Source: Gammaproteobacteria bacterium
GTDB taxonomy: Bacteria > Pseudomonadota > Gammaproteobacteria > Coxiellales > Coxiellaceae
Length of the DNA stretch: 64,000 nucleotides
Direction: 5' to 3'
Assembly: GCA_023266215.1 (NCBI GenBank)
Contig: JAHFRQ010000011.1
Location: forward strand, 1,735-65,734
Shown here: positions 38,686-46,850 of the stretch, in pieces
Numbering within the stretch: the first letter of the stretch is position 1
How the letters are laid out: the number at the start of each line of letters is the position of its first letter
Notes under the pieces: model-generated
What the model was told of the DNA's origin: nothing
Database searches by the model: none
What the model saw: only the letters and a program-made list of their open reading frames with translations
Translations under genes and position numbers: made by a program

Positions 38686-38754
38686 AGTTTTAATTTACAA
38701 TTGGTTTGAAGGAACCGCGCGTGCAGTTTGCGCAGCAAACGTAACAAGCGGATA
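38686..38754 (-). repeat. Family-2 repeat, copy D
   Basis: ATTGGTTTGAAGGAACCGCG (38700-38719) is identical to the start of copy C. It ends in GCGGAT (38748-38753) and has a divergent central hairpin GTTTGC-GCA-GCAAAC. Confidence 0.6.
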
Positions 38755-38762
38755 TTGTTCAA

Positions 38763-39425
38763 TTATATTTTTTTCATAAAGCCAGTAATTCCATCAAACA
38801 AACCAATTATGCTAATCTCATCGCCGTAAGTTTTTTGCAGCATTTTTCTAAGCTGTTTTTCAACCCCAAAAAAAGAACCACAGCCAAATGTAAAAGTATC
38901 AATATTATTTTGTGTGAATTCATACACAATAATGTCATACAGACAATTTAATGTTTTTGATGGATTTTTTCTTAAATCCGATGGATTCATACCAGGTGAT
39001 TTTGTTGCCGCTTGATATTTTAATGTCAGAATTTCTTCAGAGACAAGTGCCTGAATAAATGGGACATGAGCCATTTGTGCTGGAATAACAGTGAATTTTT
39101 GAGAACACATTTCGTTTGATAGTCTTATTACCAGTCTACCCAATCCAATAATGGGTATTTCATCATGCTCATTTACTTTGCTAATCGCCACATCACCAAA
39201 TGCATACAGAATAATTGCTGATGGGTTTGAATTTTTAGCTTCCCTGATGCGCTCCAGCACAGAAGGAATTACTGCTTGTGCATCACTCATTGTATTTAAT
39301 TCGATTAAAGTCGTATCTGCGTAAGATAGGACAAACTCACACTCTTCTGATTGATAAGGGGCTAAATCAGCCATGTTGAGCATCTGTTGATTGTGGACTG
39401 GTAAGATAATATTGATTTTTTTCAT
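38763..39425 (-). CDS. Asp/Glu/hydantoin racemase family protein
   Basis: 220 aa. AIILYAFGD and TFGCGSFFG resemble the two cysteine-loop regions of PF01177 racemases. Confidence 0.5.
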   Translation of the reverse strand: MKKINIILPVHNQQMLNMADLAPYQSEECEFVLSYADTTLIELNTMSDAQAVIPSVLERIREAKNSNPSAIILYAFGDVAISKVNEHDEIPIIGLGRLVIRLSNEMCSQKFTVIPAQMAHVPFIQALVSEEILTLKYQAATKSPGMNPSDLRKNPSKTLNCLYDIIVYEFTQNNIDTFTFGCGSFFGVEKQLRKMLQKTYGDEISIIGLFDGITGFMKKI

Positions 39426-39470
39426 GAAAAGTCCCTGATTCTATAACGTGTGCAATATAACATAAAGAAT

Positions 39471-39540
39471 AAATGATTTCATTCATCAGTAATTTCGTAT
39501 AGAATCGGCGCTTAATTTAAGAGTAGATTTTGGGTGAGTG
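39471..39540 (+). promoter_or_regulatory. Duplicated 5' leader/promoter, copy 1 (upstream of the CMD gene)
   Basis: About 80-85% identical over ~70 nt to 40666-40737 (42/47 in the first block). Contains -10-like TATAGAAT and the hairpin AGAATC...GATTTT. Confidence 0.5.
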
Positions 39541-39550
39541 AGAAATAACA

Positions 39551-40171
39551 ATGACAAAGCCAACACAATCAAAAATGATGGAAAAACTTTACGGTGAAAA
39601 GATAGCGGCAGTAGTTTATGCGCGCTGCCAAGAGCTGGGCGAAGATTTTAATGTGCGTGTTCAGGAGTATGTTTATGACACAATTTGGGCAAAACCAGGC
39701 ATTGCATTAAAAGAAAAAAGTATTATTACTATCGTTGCATTGATTTTGGCAAATAAAGCAGAACAACTTAAAATTCATTTATGGGGATTGTTTCATCAGG
39801 GCTGCACGCCAGAAGATGTTGAAACTATTTTAAATTATTTGATTGAAAAAAATTATATTTCCAAAACAGAGCATGCTTCAAAAATATTAAAAGACTCAGC
39901 GCGCGAATATTTTCAGATGACTCAATCCGAATTTTCTCAGCTCTCTACCATCGATATAAAAAATCAAACACGCGAAAAAAACATTATTGATTTTGCTGCA
40001 CATATTGTGATTGGTGATATCCCAAAAACAGAAAATTGTGCAAAAATACTGTTAGAAAATAATAAAATTAGTATTGATGACATGAAACATATCATGCAGC
40101 ACATTGCGGTCTACTGTGGTTTTCCAGTTGAAATGAATGGGTTGATGGTGTTGAATAAAATAATGTCCTAA
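39551..40171 (+). CDS. Carboxymuconolactone decarboxylase (CMD/AhpD-like) family protein
   Basis: IWAKPGIALKEKSIITIVALILANKAEQLKIHL is typical of PF02627, and a second CMD-like half is present. Confidence 0.6.
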   Translation: MTKPTQSKMMEKLYGEKIAAVVYARCQELGEDFNVRVQEYVYDTIWAKPGIALKEKSIITIVALILANKAEQLKIHLWGLFHQGCTPEDVETILNYLIEKNYISKTEHASKILKDSAREYFQMTQSEFSQLSTIDIKNQTREKNIIDFAAHIVIGDIPKTENCAKILLENNKISIDDMKHIMQHIAVYCGFPVEMNGLMVLNKIMS

Positions 40172-40383
40172 CAAGCACCGTTGTAGTGGCCTGTGGAATT
40201 GGCACGGGAACTGCTTCAGAAATTGCGCTAGCCTTGAAAGCTAATAGAAATGTCATTTTGCTTAATAGCTCAGAATCCGCCAAGAATTTTTTTAAAAGCC
40301 TAAGTTCAAGTAAAATTTGGATTGCTGATACGCCAGAACAAGCAATGATGCACATTAAAAGTTTGATTTTATCTGCCACTTGA
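40159..40383 (+). pseudogene. 5'-truncated TIGR00725/LOG-like (SLOG) gene fragment
   Basis: The frame reads ...STVVVACGIGTGTASEIALALKANRNVILL..., which corresponds to the C-terminal half of TIGR00725-family proteins. The frame opens only 27 nt upstream of the track's GTG start (stop codon at 40156-40158, inside the CMD gene end), so the N-terminal ~90 aa are missing. Confidence 0.5.
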
Positions 40384-40438
40384 TTTTAAAATTAATATTT
40401 TTACAACCTTAGATCAGTACAGCATGTGCTAGAAAACT

Positions 40439-40511
40439 CCCTCTCCCGCAAGCATTTTTGCGCAGCGGGAGAGGGTCGGGGTGAGGGGTTTTTAGGGTTT
40501 TTCTATATAAA
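40439..40511 (+). repeat. Family-1 G-rich hairpin repeat, copy b
   Basis: 72/73 identical to 38591-38663. Confidence 0.85.
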
Positions 40512-40665
40512 ATAACGAATATAATAAAATCTAATGAAAATGATTTGTGTGAATTTGTATTTGGCCTATAATACAGAAATGAATTTTTATTTGTATAATC
40601 AAAAGGTTGTGTTGTGTGAAAAGCTATCGGAAGCCTGTCTCAATTTCCATTCTGAAATTCGATTA

Positions 40666-40737
40666 AAATCATTTCTTTCATAAGTAATTTCATATAGAAT
40701 CGCCGCTTAATTGATAGAATAGATTCTGGATGGTTGA
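40666..40737 (+). promoter_or_regulatory. Duplicated 5' leader/promoter, copy 2 (upstream of yhhQ paralog 1)
   Basis: Homologous to 39471-39540. Hairpin AGAATC-N20-GATTCT. Runs into the start codon region at 40730. Confidence 0.5.
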
Positions 40738-41434
40738 AATGGACATATCAAAACCTGAAAAAAAACAATATAAATATTTGCTTTTTATAAGCATGCTGTT
40801 TATCACATTAATGCTGGCAAGTGCGATCTTGGTGAATCGAATTTTGGATTTTCACGGCATATTCGAACCAGGCGGAATCCTGGTTTTCCCGCTCACTTAT
40901 TTTTTCGGCGACATTATTGCGGAAGTTTATGGCTATAAAATTTCTCGCCACATTCTTTGGTGCGGCTTATTTTGCCAATTTATTTTCGCATTACTAATTT
41001 ACTTTGTATTGAAATTACCTGTTTCTCCGTTTTTTCATTCCGATAGTGCTTTTCATGTTTTATTGTCGCATTTGCCAGAATACGCGCTTACATTTACAAT
41101 CGGAACAATTGCTGGCGGGTTCCTAAATATTTATCTTGTTTCAAAATTTAAAATACTGTGTCTCGGAAAGTATTTTTGGATACGCAGTTTAACTTCGACG
41201 GGTTTTGGTGAAGCGCTATTTACTATCATTACACTATCTCCAATTTTATTGATGCACAACTCATTAAGTCATGTAATTCAAATTCTGATTAGCGCTTATA
41301 TATTCAAACTTTGCTATGGCTTTGTATTTATTGTTCCTGCATCACTATTAACGTACTTTCTTAAGCGCTCTGAGCAGATAGATGTTTATGATTACGGAAC
41401 AAATTTTAACCCATTCATTTTAAGTGCAAATTAA
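40730..41434 (+). CDS. Queuosine-precursor transporter family protein (YhhQ/DUF165), paralog 1
   Basis: FPLTYFFGDIIAEVYGYKISR and the overall 6-TM layout are typical of the YhhQ (Vut_1) family. Confidence 0.7.
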   Translation: MVEMDISKPEKKQYKYLLFISMLFITLMLASAILVNRILDFHGIFEPGGILVFPLTYFFGDIIAEVYGYKISRHILWCGLFCQFIFALLIYFVLKLPVSPFFHSDSAFHVLLSHLPEYALTFTIGTIAGGFLNIYLVSKFKILCLGKYFWIRSLTSTGFGEALFTIITLSPILLMHNSLSHVIQILISAYIFKLCYGFVFIVPASLLTYFLKRSEQIDVYDYGTNFNPFILSAN

Positions 41435-41435
41435 G

Positions 41436-41735
41436 ATGGATAAAAAAAATAAAATAGCCATTGATTTATTGCAGAATTCAGAGAGAAATTTTCAGAAAAT
41501 GCTGCATTTAACCGCTAATGAAAATGTTATCTCAAATACTTGCCGAAGCGCTGAAAACTCACCCTTATCGTCGCGATACTTGCTGGGTGGTCTTAATAAT
41601 CCTGAAGCATCAGATGATGCTGAAGGAAAAGGTTTTTCTTTGAATGGAATGAAGTCTGTTCGCTCACTCCTGTTGATGGCTGACACCGCAGTAAAAAAAA
41701 TTTTTCACGCGAAGTATGCTGATTTTTTTCGATAA
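41436..41735 (+). pseudogene. Serine hydroxymethyltransferase-like gene fragment (N-terminal ~100 aa only)
   Basis: LHLTANENVISNTCRSAENSPLSSRY parallels the SHMT motif L.LIASEN, and AVKKIFHAKYADF parallels RA.ELFGAEYANV. The ORF then stops, whereas full-length SHMT is about 420 aa. Confidence 0.45.
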
Positions 41736-41820
41736 ACTTCCAAAAATCTTCTATATTTTCCACTCCATCTGCAAGACGCGTCGATAAGCCAATAATCGCA
41801 ATATCAGTATTTTTATCCAT
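41730..41820 (-). pseudogene. Polyketide synthase ketosynthase N-terminal fragment
   Basis: MDKNTDIAIIGLSTRLADGVENIEDFWKFIEKN matches the KS N-terminal signature (IAI.G...R.P.......FW..L). Homology ends after about 30 codons. Confidence 0.45.
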
Positions 41821-41882
41821 AAACAACCTCTCGGACTTGTTAGAAAAAACGATGGGTGGTATTCTGCGCACAAGATAACTAA

Positions 41883-42602
41883 ATGGCAAGAAAAATGAGC
41901 GAATATCAAGGAAAAATTAAAAATTATTCTTCTTTTCTTATATTTTTAATGATGCTGTATGTCACACTGTTGATGATTTGCGTTTTGGTCGTTTATAAGC
42001 TTATTCAAGTTGGCCCGTTCATTTTTTCAGTGGGGACGCTCGTGTTTCCTTTTCTTTATGTGTTAAGTGATATTATTGCTGAGGTTTATGGTTTCAGGGT
42101 AGCGCGAATCTTGTTATACACCTCTTTTTATTGTGAAATATTGTTTGCGCTAATACTTTATGGTTTGGTGCATATTTCATCTCCTCTATTGCTACATAAT
42201 TCAGATTATTTTACTCAATTGATTGGGCCGTTACCGAAGGTTGCACTAACCAATGCTATCGCGATGATTGCAGGTTCGTATGTAAATATTTATTTCATAT
42301 CAAAATGGAAAGTATTATTGCGCGGAAAATATTTTTGGGTAAGAAGCATAGGTTCTTCTTCGATCGGAGAAGCAGTTTTTACAGTTATTGCTTTTACGCT
42401 CTATTTTATTGGACACGTCTCATTTCAAAGTGTGCTGACAATAATCCTATCAACATATTTAATTAAAATTGTATATGCAATAATTCTTTCTGGACCAGCA
42501 AATTTATTAGTTTATTTTTTGAAATCGGTTGACTGTGAAGAGGCGAAAACTCAGGAGCTTTCATTTAATCCATTCAAAAAAAAATGCGAAAATAAAATTT
42601 AA
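41883..42602 (+). CDS. Queuosine-precursor transporter family protein (YhhQ/DUF165), paralog 2
   Basis: FPFLYVLSDIIAEVYGFRVAR. Roughly 45% identity by eye to paralog 1 along the full length. Confidence 0.7.
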   Translation: MARKMSEYQGKIKNYSSFLIFLMMLYVTLLMICVLVVYKLIQVGPFIFSVGTLVFPFLYVLSDIIAEVYGFRVARILLYTSFYCEILFALILYGLVHISSPLLLHNSDYFTQLIGPLPKVALTNAIAMIAGSYVNIYFISKWKVLLRGKYFWVRSIGSSSIGEAVFTVIAFTLYFIGHVSFQSVLTIILSTYLIKIVYAIILSGPANLLVYFLKSVDCEEAKTQELSFNPFKKKCENKI

Positions 42603-42613
42603 AATTAGCGATC

Positions 42614-43420
42614 GTGACCATAATGGAAAATTCAAAAAAAATCTATACTTTGGGTTCAAGTACCGAAGAGCAAGGACGTTTGATTTCACAGGGCAAGTTA
42701 TATGATGATGCGAAATATTTGAAACAGTTTCTATCATTGCAAAGCAATATTCTTGAAGTAGGCTGTGGCTCCGGCGCAAATTTATGGGTAGCAAATAATG
42801 TTAAGCACTACACCGGTGTTGATATTTCGGAGGAGCAGATTCAAAAAAGCATCTTAACGGCGGACGAACTGGGAATTAAAAACGCTTCCTTTTTTGAAAC
42901 TACCCCAAAAAAATTGCCATTTTCAGATGACTTATTTGATTTTACTTTTTGTAGACTTGTTTTGATTCATCAGGTGAATCCGATTATCCAGCTTAAGGAG
43001 ATGAAACGAGTAACTTCATCTGGCGGCCGCATTGTTGCAATTGAGCCAGATGTTGAATTGTATGCATCTTCCAATTTAAGTCTAATGAAATTTTTTCAGG
43101 CAAGATCAAGGCTTGTGTATCAAGCGGGTCGTGGTTCGATCCAAGTTGCACGAAATCTTTTAAATTTATTTTCAAATATTGGTTTGAAGGAAATTCAGCT
43201 AATTAAGCACGAGATTGAGCTCACGGATCGAGAACCGGAAAAATTAAAACTTTTCCAAAAAAATATGTTAATGCTTGCAAAATCTGTACAAGATGAGTTA
43301 ATTCGAGAAAATTATTTAACCTTGGAAGATTGTGTAAAAGCTGAATATGAAGCAGATTTGATTGCTAAAGACGGATGGTTGCGACAAGTTCTGTATATTT
43401 CAAACGGCATCAAGATTTAA
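42614..43420 (+). CDS. Class I SAM-dependent methyltransferase
   Basis: Motif I ILEVGCGSGANL and post-I YTGVDISE. GTG start at 42614, or ATG 42623. Confidence 0.7.
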   Translation: MTIMENSKKIYTLGSSTEEQGRLISQGKLYDDAKYLKQFLSLQSNILEVGCGSGANLWVANNVKHYTGVDISEEQIQKSILTADELGIKNASFFETTPKKLPFSDDLFDFTFCRLVLIHQVNPIIQLKEMKRVTSSGGRIVAIEPDVELYASSNLSLMKFFQARSRLVYQAGRGSIQVARNLLNLFSNIGLKEIQLIKHEIELTDREPEKLKLFQKNMLMLAKSVQDELIRENYLTLEDCVKAEYEADLIAKDGWLRQVLYISNGIKI

Positions 43421-43459
43421 TTAACCTGTTTTTTTAAACCGCAGCAGAATAATCACCCA

Positions 43460-43975
43460 CTAATTTTTTCTGCTCTCTTCCGCCTCCGCCTCCTTTTTCA
43501 TCTCCGATTCCATAGCGGCGTGTTCCGAACCTGTTGCATAGCCAACTGAGTGAGCATCTTTTTGATCTAATCCTGCGATGATTTTTTCATCTTGTGTGAT
43601 TTCATTTGCAGTGCGAATAATCGTTTTGTTATTGCCGCGCTCTTTAATGGCGAACAATAATTTATTGTCTTTTTCTGAAAGACGCTTTGCTAAAATTTTA
43701 TATTTTGGTGCATTCATTTCAAGATAACCTAAATAGGTTAGCGTTCTAATATCGCGCTGAGAAAAAGCATCTGTCATTTTATCATTCGCTAAAATTTCCT
43801 CGGGACGCAAAGTGAATGTATGGCTTTTATTAACAAGCTGAATTTCCGCAAGATAATTTCCTGTTTCATCTTGATTAATTGAAATCAAGCGATAGGGATG
43901 CGAAGGATTGCTTTTTCTAATTACGGTTGAAATATTTTTAAATCGATCGACTATTGATGATATTACTTTTAGCAT
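43460..43975 (-). CDS. Hypothetical protein (171 aa), co-transcribed with the S24 repressor
   Basis: Starts 3 nt after the stop of the repressor gene. Acidic C-terminal tail. No recognised family. Confidence 0.45.
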   Translation of the reverse strand: MLKVISSIVDRFKNISTVIRKSNPSHPYRLISINQDETGNYLAEIQLVNKSHTFTLRPEEILANDKMTDAFSQRDIRTLTYLGYLEMNAPKYKILAKRLSEKDNKLLFAIKERGNNKTIIRTANEITQDEKIIAGLDQKDAHSVGYATGSEHAAMESEMKKEAEAEESRKN

Positions 43976-43978
43976 TTT

Positions 43979-44674
43979 TCACTGCACCTCATAACTCGCC
44001 CTTGCTTCAAAGAGCGTTGCGATAACCGCTTCTTTTCCTGATAATACGCGCATCTTATAGGCCTCAACGTCAGGATTCAATGCTTTTGCGAAGTACTTTT
44101 CGCCATCAATCAGTAACTGTCTGAATAATGGAGGATTTGATTTTCCAACAGAAGCTAAAACAAGACTTCTATCCGTCAATTTAATGTCAGGATCAAAAAT
44201 TAAAACCGTATTTTTAGGAAAAAGCGTACCCATGGAAAAATCACGCAAGACGAGCGCAAAACATTTTTCGCGATTTTTACCCAACAGCGGCACAAAATTT
44301 TCAGTTGTTTTTCTCGCCTTTTCAAGGTGTTTTACGTCTTCCCACTCCACAATCGGAACCATAAAAACTTGTGGCGGAATTTTTAATGTCTGTTTTACAG
44401 GTATTTCTTCTGTAATACCATCTAAAGGCGCTTCACCCAAGAGCTGATCGGTTGTGATCTCGAAGTAATCTGCAATGGGTTTTAACGAACTGTCATAGGG
44501 ACGTGTTGATTTTCCCGTCACCAAACGATGCACGGTTGGCGTTGGCAAATTTACTTCGCGCGCTAACGCTGATGCGTTCATATGCTTGTTATATAAAAGC
44601 TTAGTTAAGATTCCGCTCAGCTTAAAATAATGTTTTGCCACGGGTGCCGCCCTAAATTGTAATAAATTTTTCAA
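43979..44674 (-). CDS. CI/LexA-like repressor (XRE HTH plus S24 peptidase domain)
   Basis: HTH MNASALAREVNLPTPTVHRLVTGKS. C-terminal S24-like fold with a candidate serine in DFSMG and a candidate lysine in YFAKAL. TTG start at 44674; the alternative is GTG 44641. Confidence 0.65.
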   Translation of the reverse strand: MKNLLQFRAAPVAKHYFKLSGILTKLLYNKHMNASALAREVNLPTPTVHRLVTGKSTRPYDSSLKPIADYFEITTDQLLGEAPLDGITEEIPVKQTLKIPPQVFMVPIVEWEDVKHLEKARKTTENFVPLLGKNREKCFALVLRDFSMGTLFPKNTVLIFDPDIKLTDRSLVLASVGKSNPPLFRQLLIDGEKYFAKALNPDVEAYKMRVLSGKEAVIATLFEARASYEVQ

Positions 44675-44733
44675 GATTATAACATTTTTTGCTCAAAACA
44701 CAATTTAAATAACTCATTGATAAATATAATTTA

Positions 44734-44818
44734 TTTTCAAAACTTGAAAATAAGTGAAAATATTTTAAATATTCTGTTGACTAAACTTGTAAAAGTTGTA
44801 ATATCTCTTTCAAGTTTT
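44734..44818. promoter_or_regulatory. Divergent switch region: three AAACTTGnAAA operator-like motifs plus a TTGACT-N16-TAATAT promoter
   Basis: Palindrome TTTTCAA-AAC-TTGAAAA at 44734-44750. AAACTTGTAAAAGTT at 44783-44797 lies in the spacer of TTGACT (44777-44782)/TAATAT (44799-44804). An inverted copy, TTTCAAGTTTT, lies at 44808-44818. Confidence 0.5.
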
Positions 44819-44856
44819 ACTAACGTAATTTGAAAATGCAAACAAGGAGTTTATCA

Positions 44857-45255
44857 ATGCATCTTTATAACGGGACCGGTTGTCGCATCGTGATGATCGC
44901 TAAATTAGCAGCAGCGCAAATAACCATGCCAGATGAATCAAGCGAATCAAACGAAACTACTATTGTAGTTACAAGAAATCGTTTTTGCTTGGGAAAAGGG
45001 GAAGAGCAAGCTGAGCATTATCGCGTTGTGTTAAGTCAACACGACGCTTTTAAAGTCGAAAAGTTTGGTCACCCTGGCATGCGTTTGTCTGTGCGCGGCG
45101 ATTTGCGCATGAATAATAATATTCCAGAAATAATTGCAGAAGAAATTGATTTCGTCGATTTCTCGAATGAAAACGAATTTGAAATGCTTGCGACATTACA
45201 ATATGCGCTTTATCAGCAAAGCGGTTTGGCGGATGGTGAGCGAGTGGTGCATTGA
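44857..45255 (+). CDS. Hypothetical protein (132 aa) controlled by the switch region
   Basis: ATG 44857 is preceded by AAGGAG, so I prefer it to the track's TTG 44830. No recognised family. Confidence 0.45.
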   Translation: MHLYNGTGCRIVMIAKLAAAQITMPDESSESNETTIVVTRNRFCLGKGEEQAEHYRVVLSQHDAFKVEKFGHPGMRLSVRGDLRMNNNIPEIIAEEIDFVDFSNENEFEMLATLQYALYQQSGLADGERVVH

Positions 45256-45400
45256 GTTGGTTTTTCCCATCGGAGTTGATTGGGTGACATTAAGGAAGAA
45301 CGGAGGAGAAATGAATCAGCTTGTTATAAAAATAGTCAATAAGTGTGGATAGAGGTAAAAATAACGCTTCTTTGGGCATCAAACGTTAATTGAGAAAAAA

Positions 45401-46831
45401 ATGAATAAATTACAAAAAAGACTAGAACTGCGTCACATTAATATGATTGCGCTTGGTGGTTCCATTGGAACTGGTTTATTTCTGGTTAGTGGGTTTTCTA
45501 TATCTGTAGGTGGGCCGGGTGGTGCATTACTTGCTTATTGTTGCATGGCAATCATCGTTTACTTTTTAATGACTAGCCTTGCTGAAATGAGCTCATTTAA
45601 ACCTAGCGCCGGATCGTTTTGCGATTATTCCACGCAATATGTCGGAAAATCATTTGGGATTTCCATGGGGTATAATTACTGGCTCAGTTGGGCTAGCGCG
45701 ATTGCCGTGGAAGTATTGGCAGCCACACAAATAATGGAATATTGGTTTCCGCACATTAATCCATTTTTATTAACTATTACATTTTTTTCAATCATCGTTG
45801 CTGCCAATCTTTTTATGGTGAAAGTATATGGCGAAATTGAATATGGATTATCATTTGTTAAAGTATCTGCGATATTATTATTTATTGTTTTAGGTTTTTT
45901 CACGCTATTTTCAACGCCTCATTTTGGCACTCATAATTGGCATATCGCTGATGCACCATTTCATAATGGAATAACGGGTTTTGCAGCCGTTTTCTTATTT
46001 GTTGGTCTTTCGTTTCAAGGTAGCGAATTAGTGGGAGTTGCTTCAGAAGAAACAAAAAATGCGCAAACGGTTATACCAAAATCGATTAAAATGATTTTTT
46101 GGAGACTTAGTTTATTTTATATATTATCAATTTTAATCATTACATTATTAATTCCATTTAATGATCCTAAATTAATTTCACAAAATAATGTATTAACAAG
46201 CCCATTTACATTAGTATTTCAGCATTATATTGGAAATTATGCGGGAGATGTTGTTAATTTTGTTATTCTTATTGCTGTACTATCGGCTGCGAATGCAAGC
46301 TTATACTCATCCAGCAGGATATTATGGTATTTAGGAAAATCAAAACAAGCACCAAAAATTTTTAGTCGTATTGATCGCAATGGTCTTCCGATAGTCGCTT
46401 TATTCGGCACGATACTGATATCAGGAATTTTTCTTGCTACTTCATTAGTGGGAAATAAGGTATTTCAATATATAGTACAAATCTCTTCCTTATCAGGTTT
46501 TATTGTATGGTTTGGGATTGCATTGAGTCATTATAAATTTAGAAAAAATTATTTACCTAAAAATAATATCGATGTTTCACAATTAAAATATAAATCAGCA
46601 TTTTTTCCGTACGCTCCATTATTTTCTATCGTTATTATTTTAGCGGTTGTTTTTGGGCAAATATTTACTGTAGATGGAAATAGAACCGATCCATCATTAC
46701 TTTTTATTACTTATTTTTCTGTTATTGCCTTTGCAGTTATTTACACGTCTCACAAATTATATATCTTATATATAAATCGTAAAAAAATTGGCAGTAATAT
46801 CGATATAGTTTCAGCGCAAAATAAAATTTAA
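45401..46831 (+). CDS. APC-superfamily amino acid permease (LysP/AAT-like)
   Basis: LRHINMIALGGSIGTGLFLVSG and 12 TM segments are typical of the amino-acid transporter family. Confidence 0.8.
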   Translation: MNKLQKRLELRHINMIALGGSIGTGLFLVSGFSISVGGPGGALLAYCCMAIIVYFLMTSLAEMSSFKPSAGSFCDYSTQYVGKSFGISMGYNYWLSWASAIAVEVLAATQIMEYWFPHINPFLLTITFFSIIVAANLFMVKVYGEIEYGLSFVKVSAILLFIVLGFFTLFSTPHFGTHNWHIADAPFHNGITGFAAVFLFVGLSFQGSELVGVASEETKNAQTVIPKSIKMIFWRLSLFYILSILIITLLIPFNDPKLISQNNVLTSPFTLVFQHYIGNYAGDVVNFVILIAVLSAANASLYSSSRILWYLGKSKQAPKIFSRIDRNGLPIVALFGTILISGIFLATSLVGNKVFQYIVQISSLSGFIVWFGIALSHYKFRKNYLPKNNIDVSQLKYKSAFFPYAPLFSIVIILAVVFGQIFTVDGNRTDPSLLFITYFSVIAFAVIYTSHKLYILYINRKKIGSNIDIVSAQNKI

Positions 46832-46850
46832 ATTAAAACTGGAGATAAAA

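Noticed and set aside
40092-40379. 95-aa minus-strand ORF
   Set aside because: It is antisense to the CMD gene end and to the TIGR00725 fragment. The + strand reading has recognisable family motifs, and this one has none.
41822-41882. preQ1 riboswitch upstream of the yhhQ paralogs (also examined 40560-40729)
   Set aside because: I looked for the preQ1-I pattern, which is a short P1 hairpin followed by an A-rich tail ending in CUA. Only a vague ATAACTAAATGG tail precedes 41883, with no convincing P1 stem. A covariance-model search would be needed.
45134-45352. 72-aa plus-strand ORF overlapping the end of the 44857-45255 gene
   Set aside because: It is out of frame within the better-supported ORF. 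It has no RBS and runs into an intergenic region.
45256-45400. Lysine riboswitch upstream of the LysP-like permease
   Set aside because: The 145-nt spacer is too short for a complete lysine-riboswitch aptamer, and I saw no L-box-like conserved blocks.
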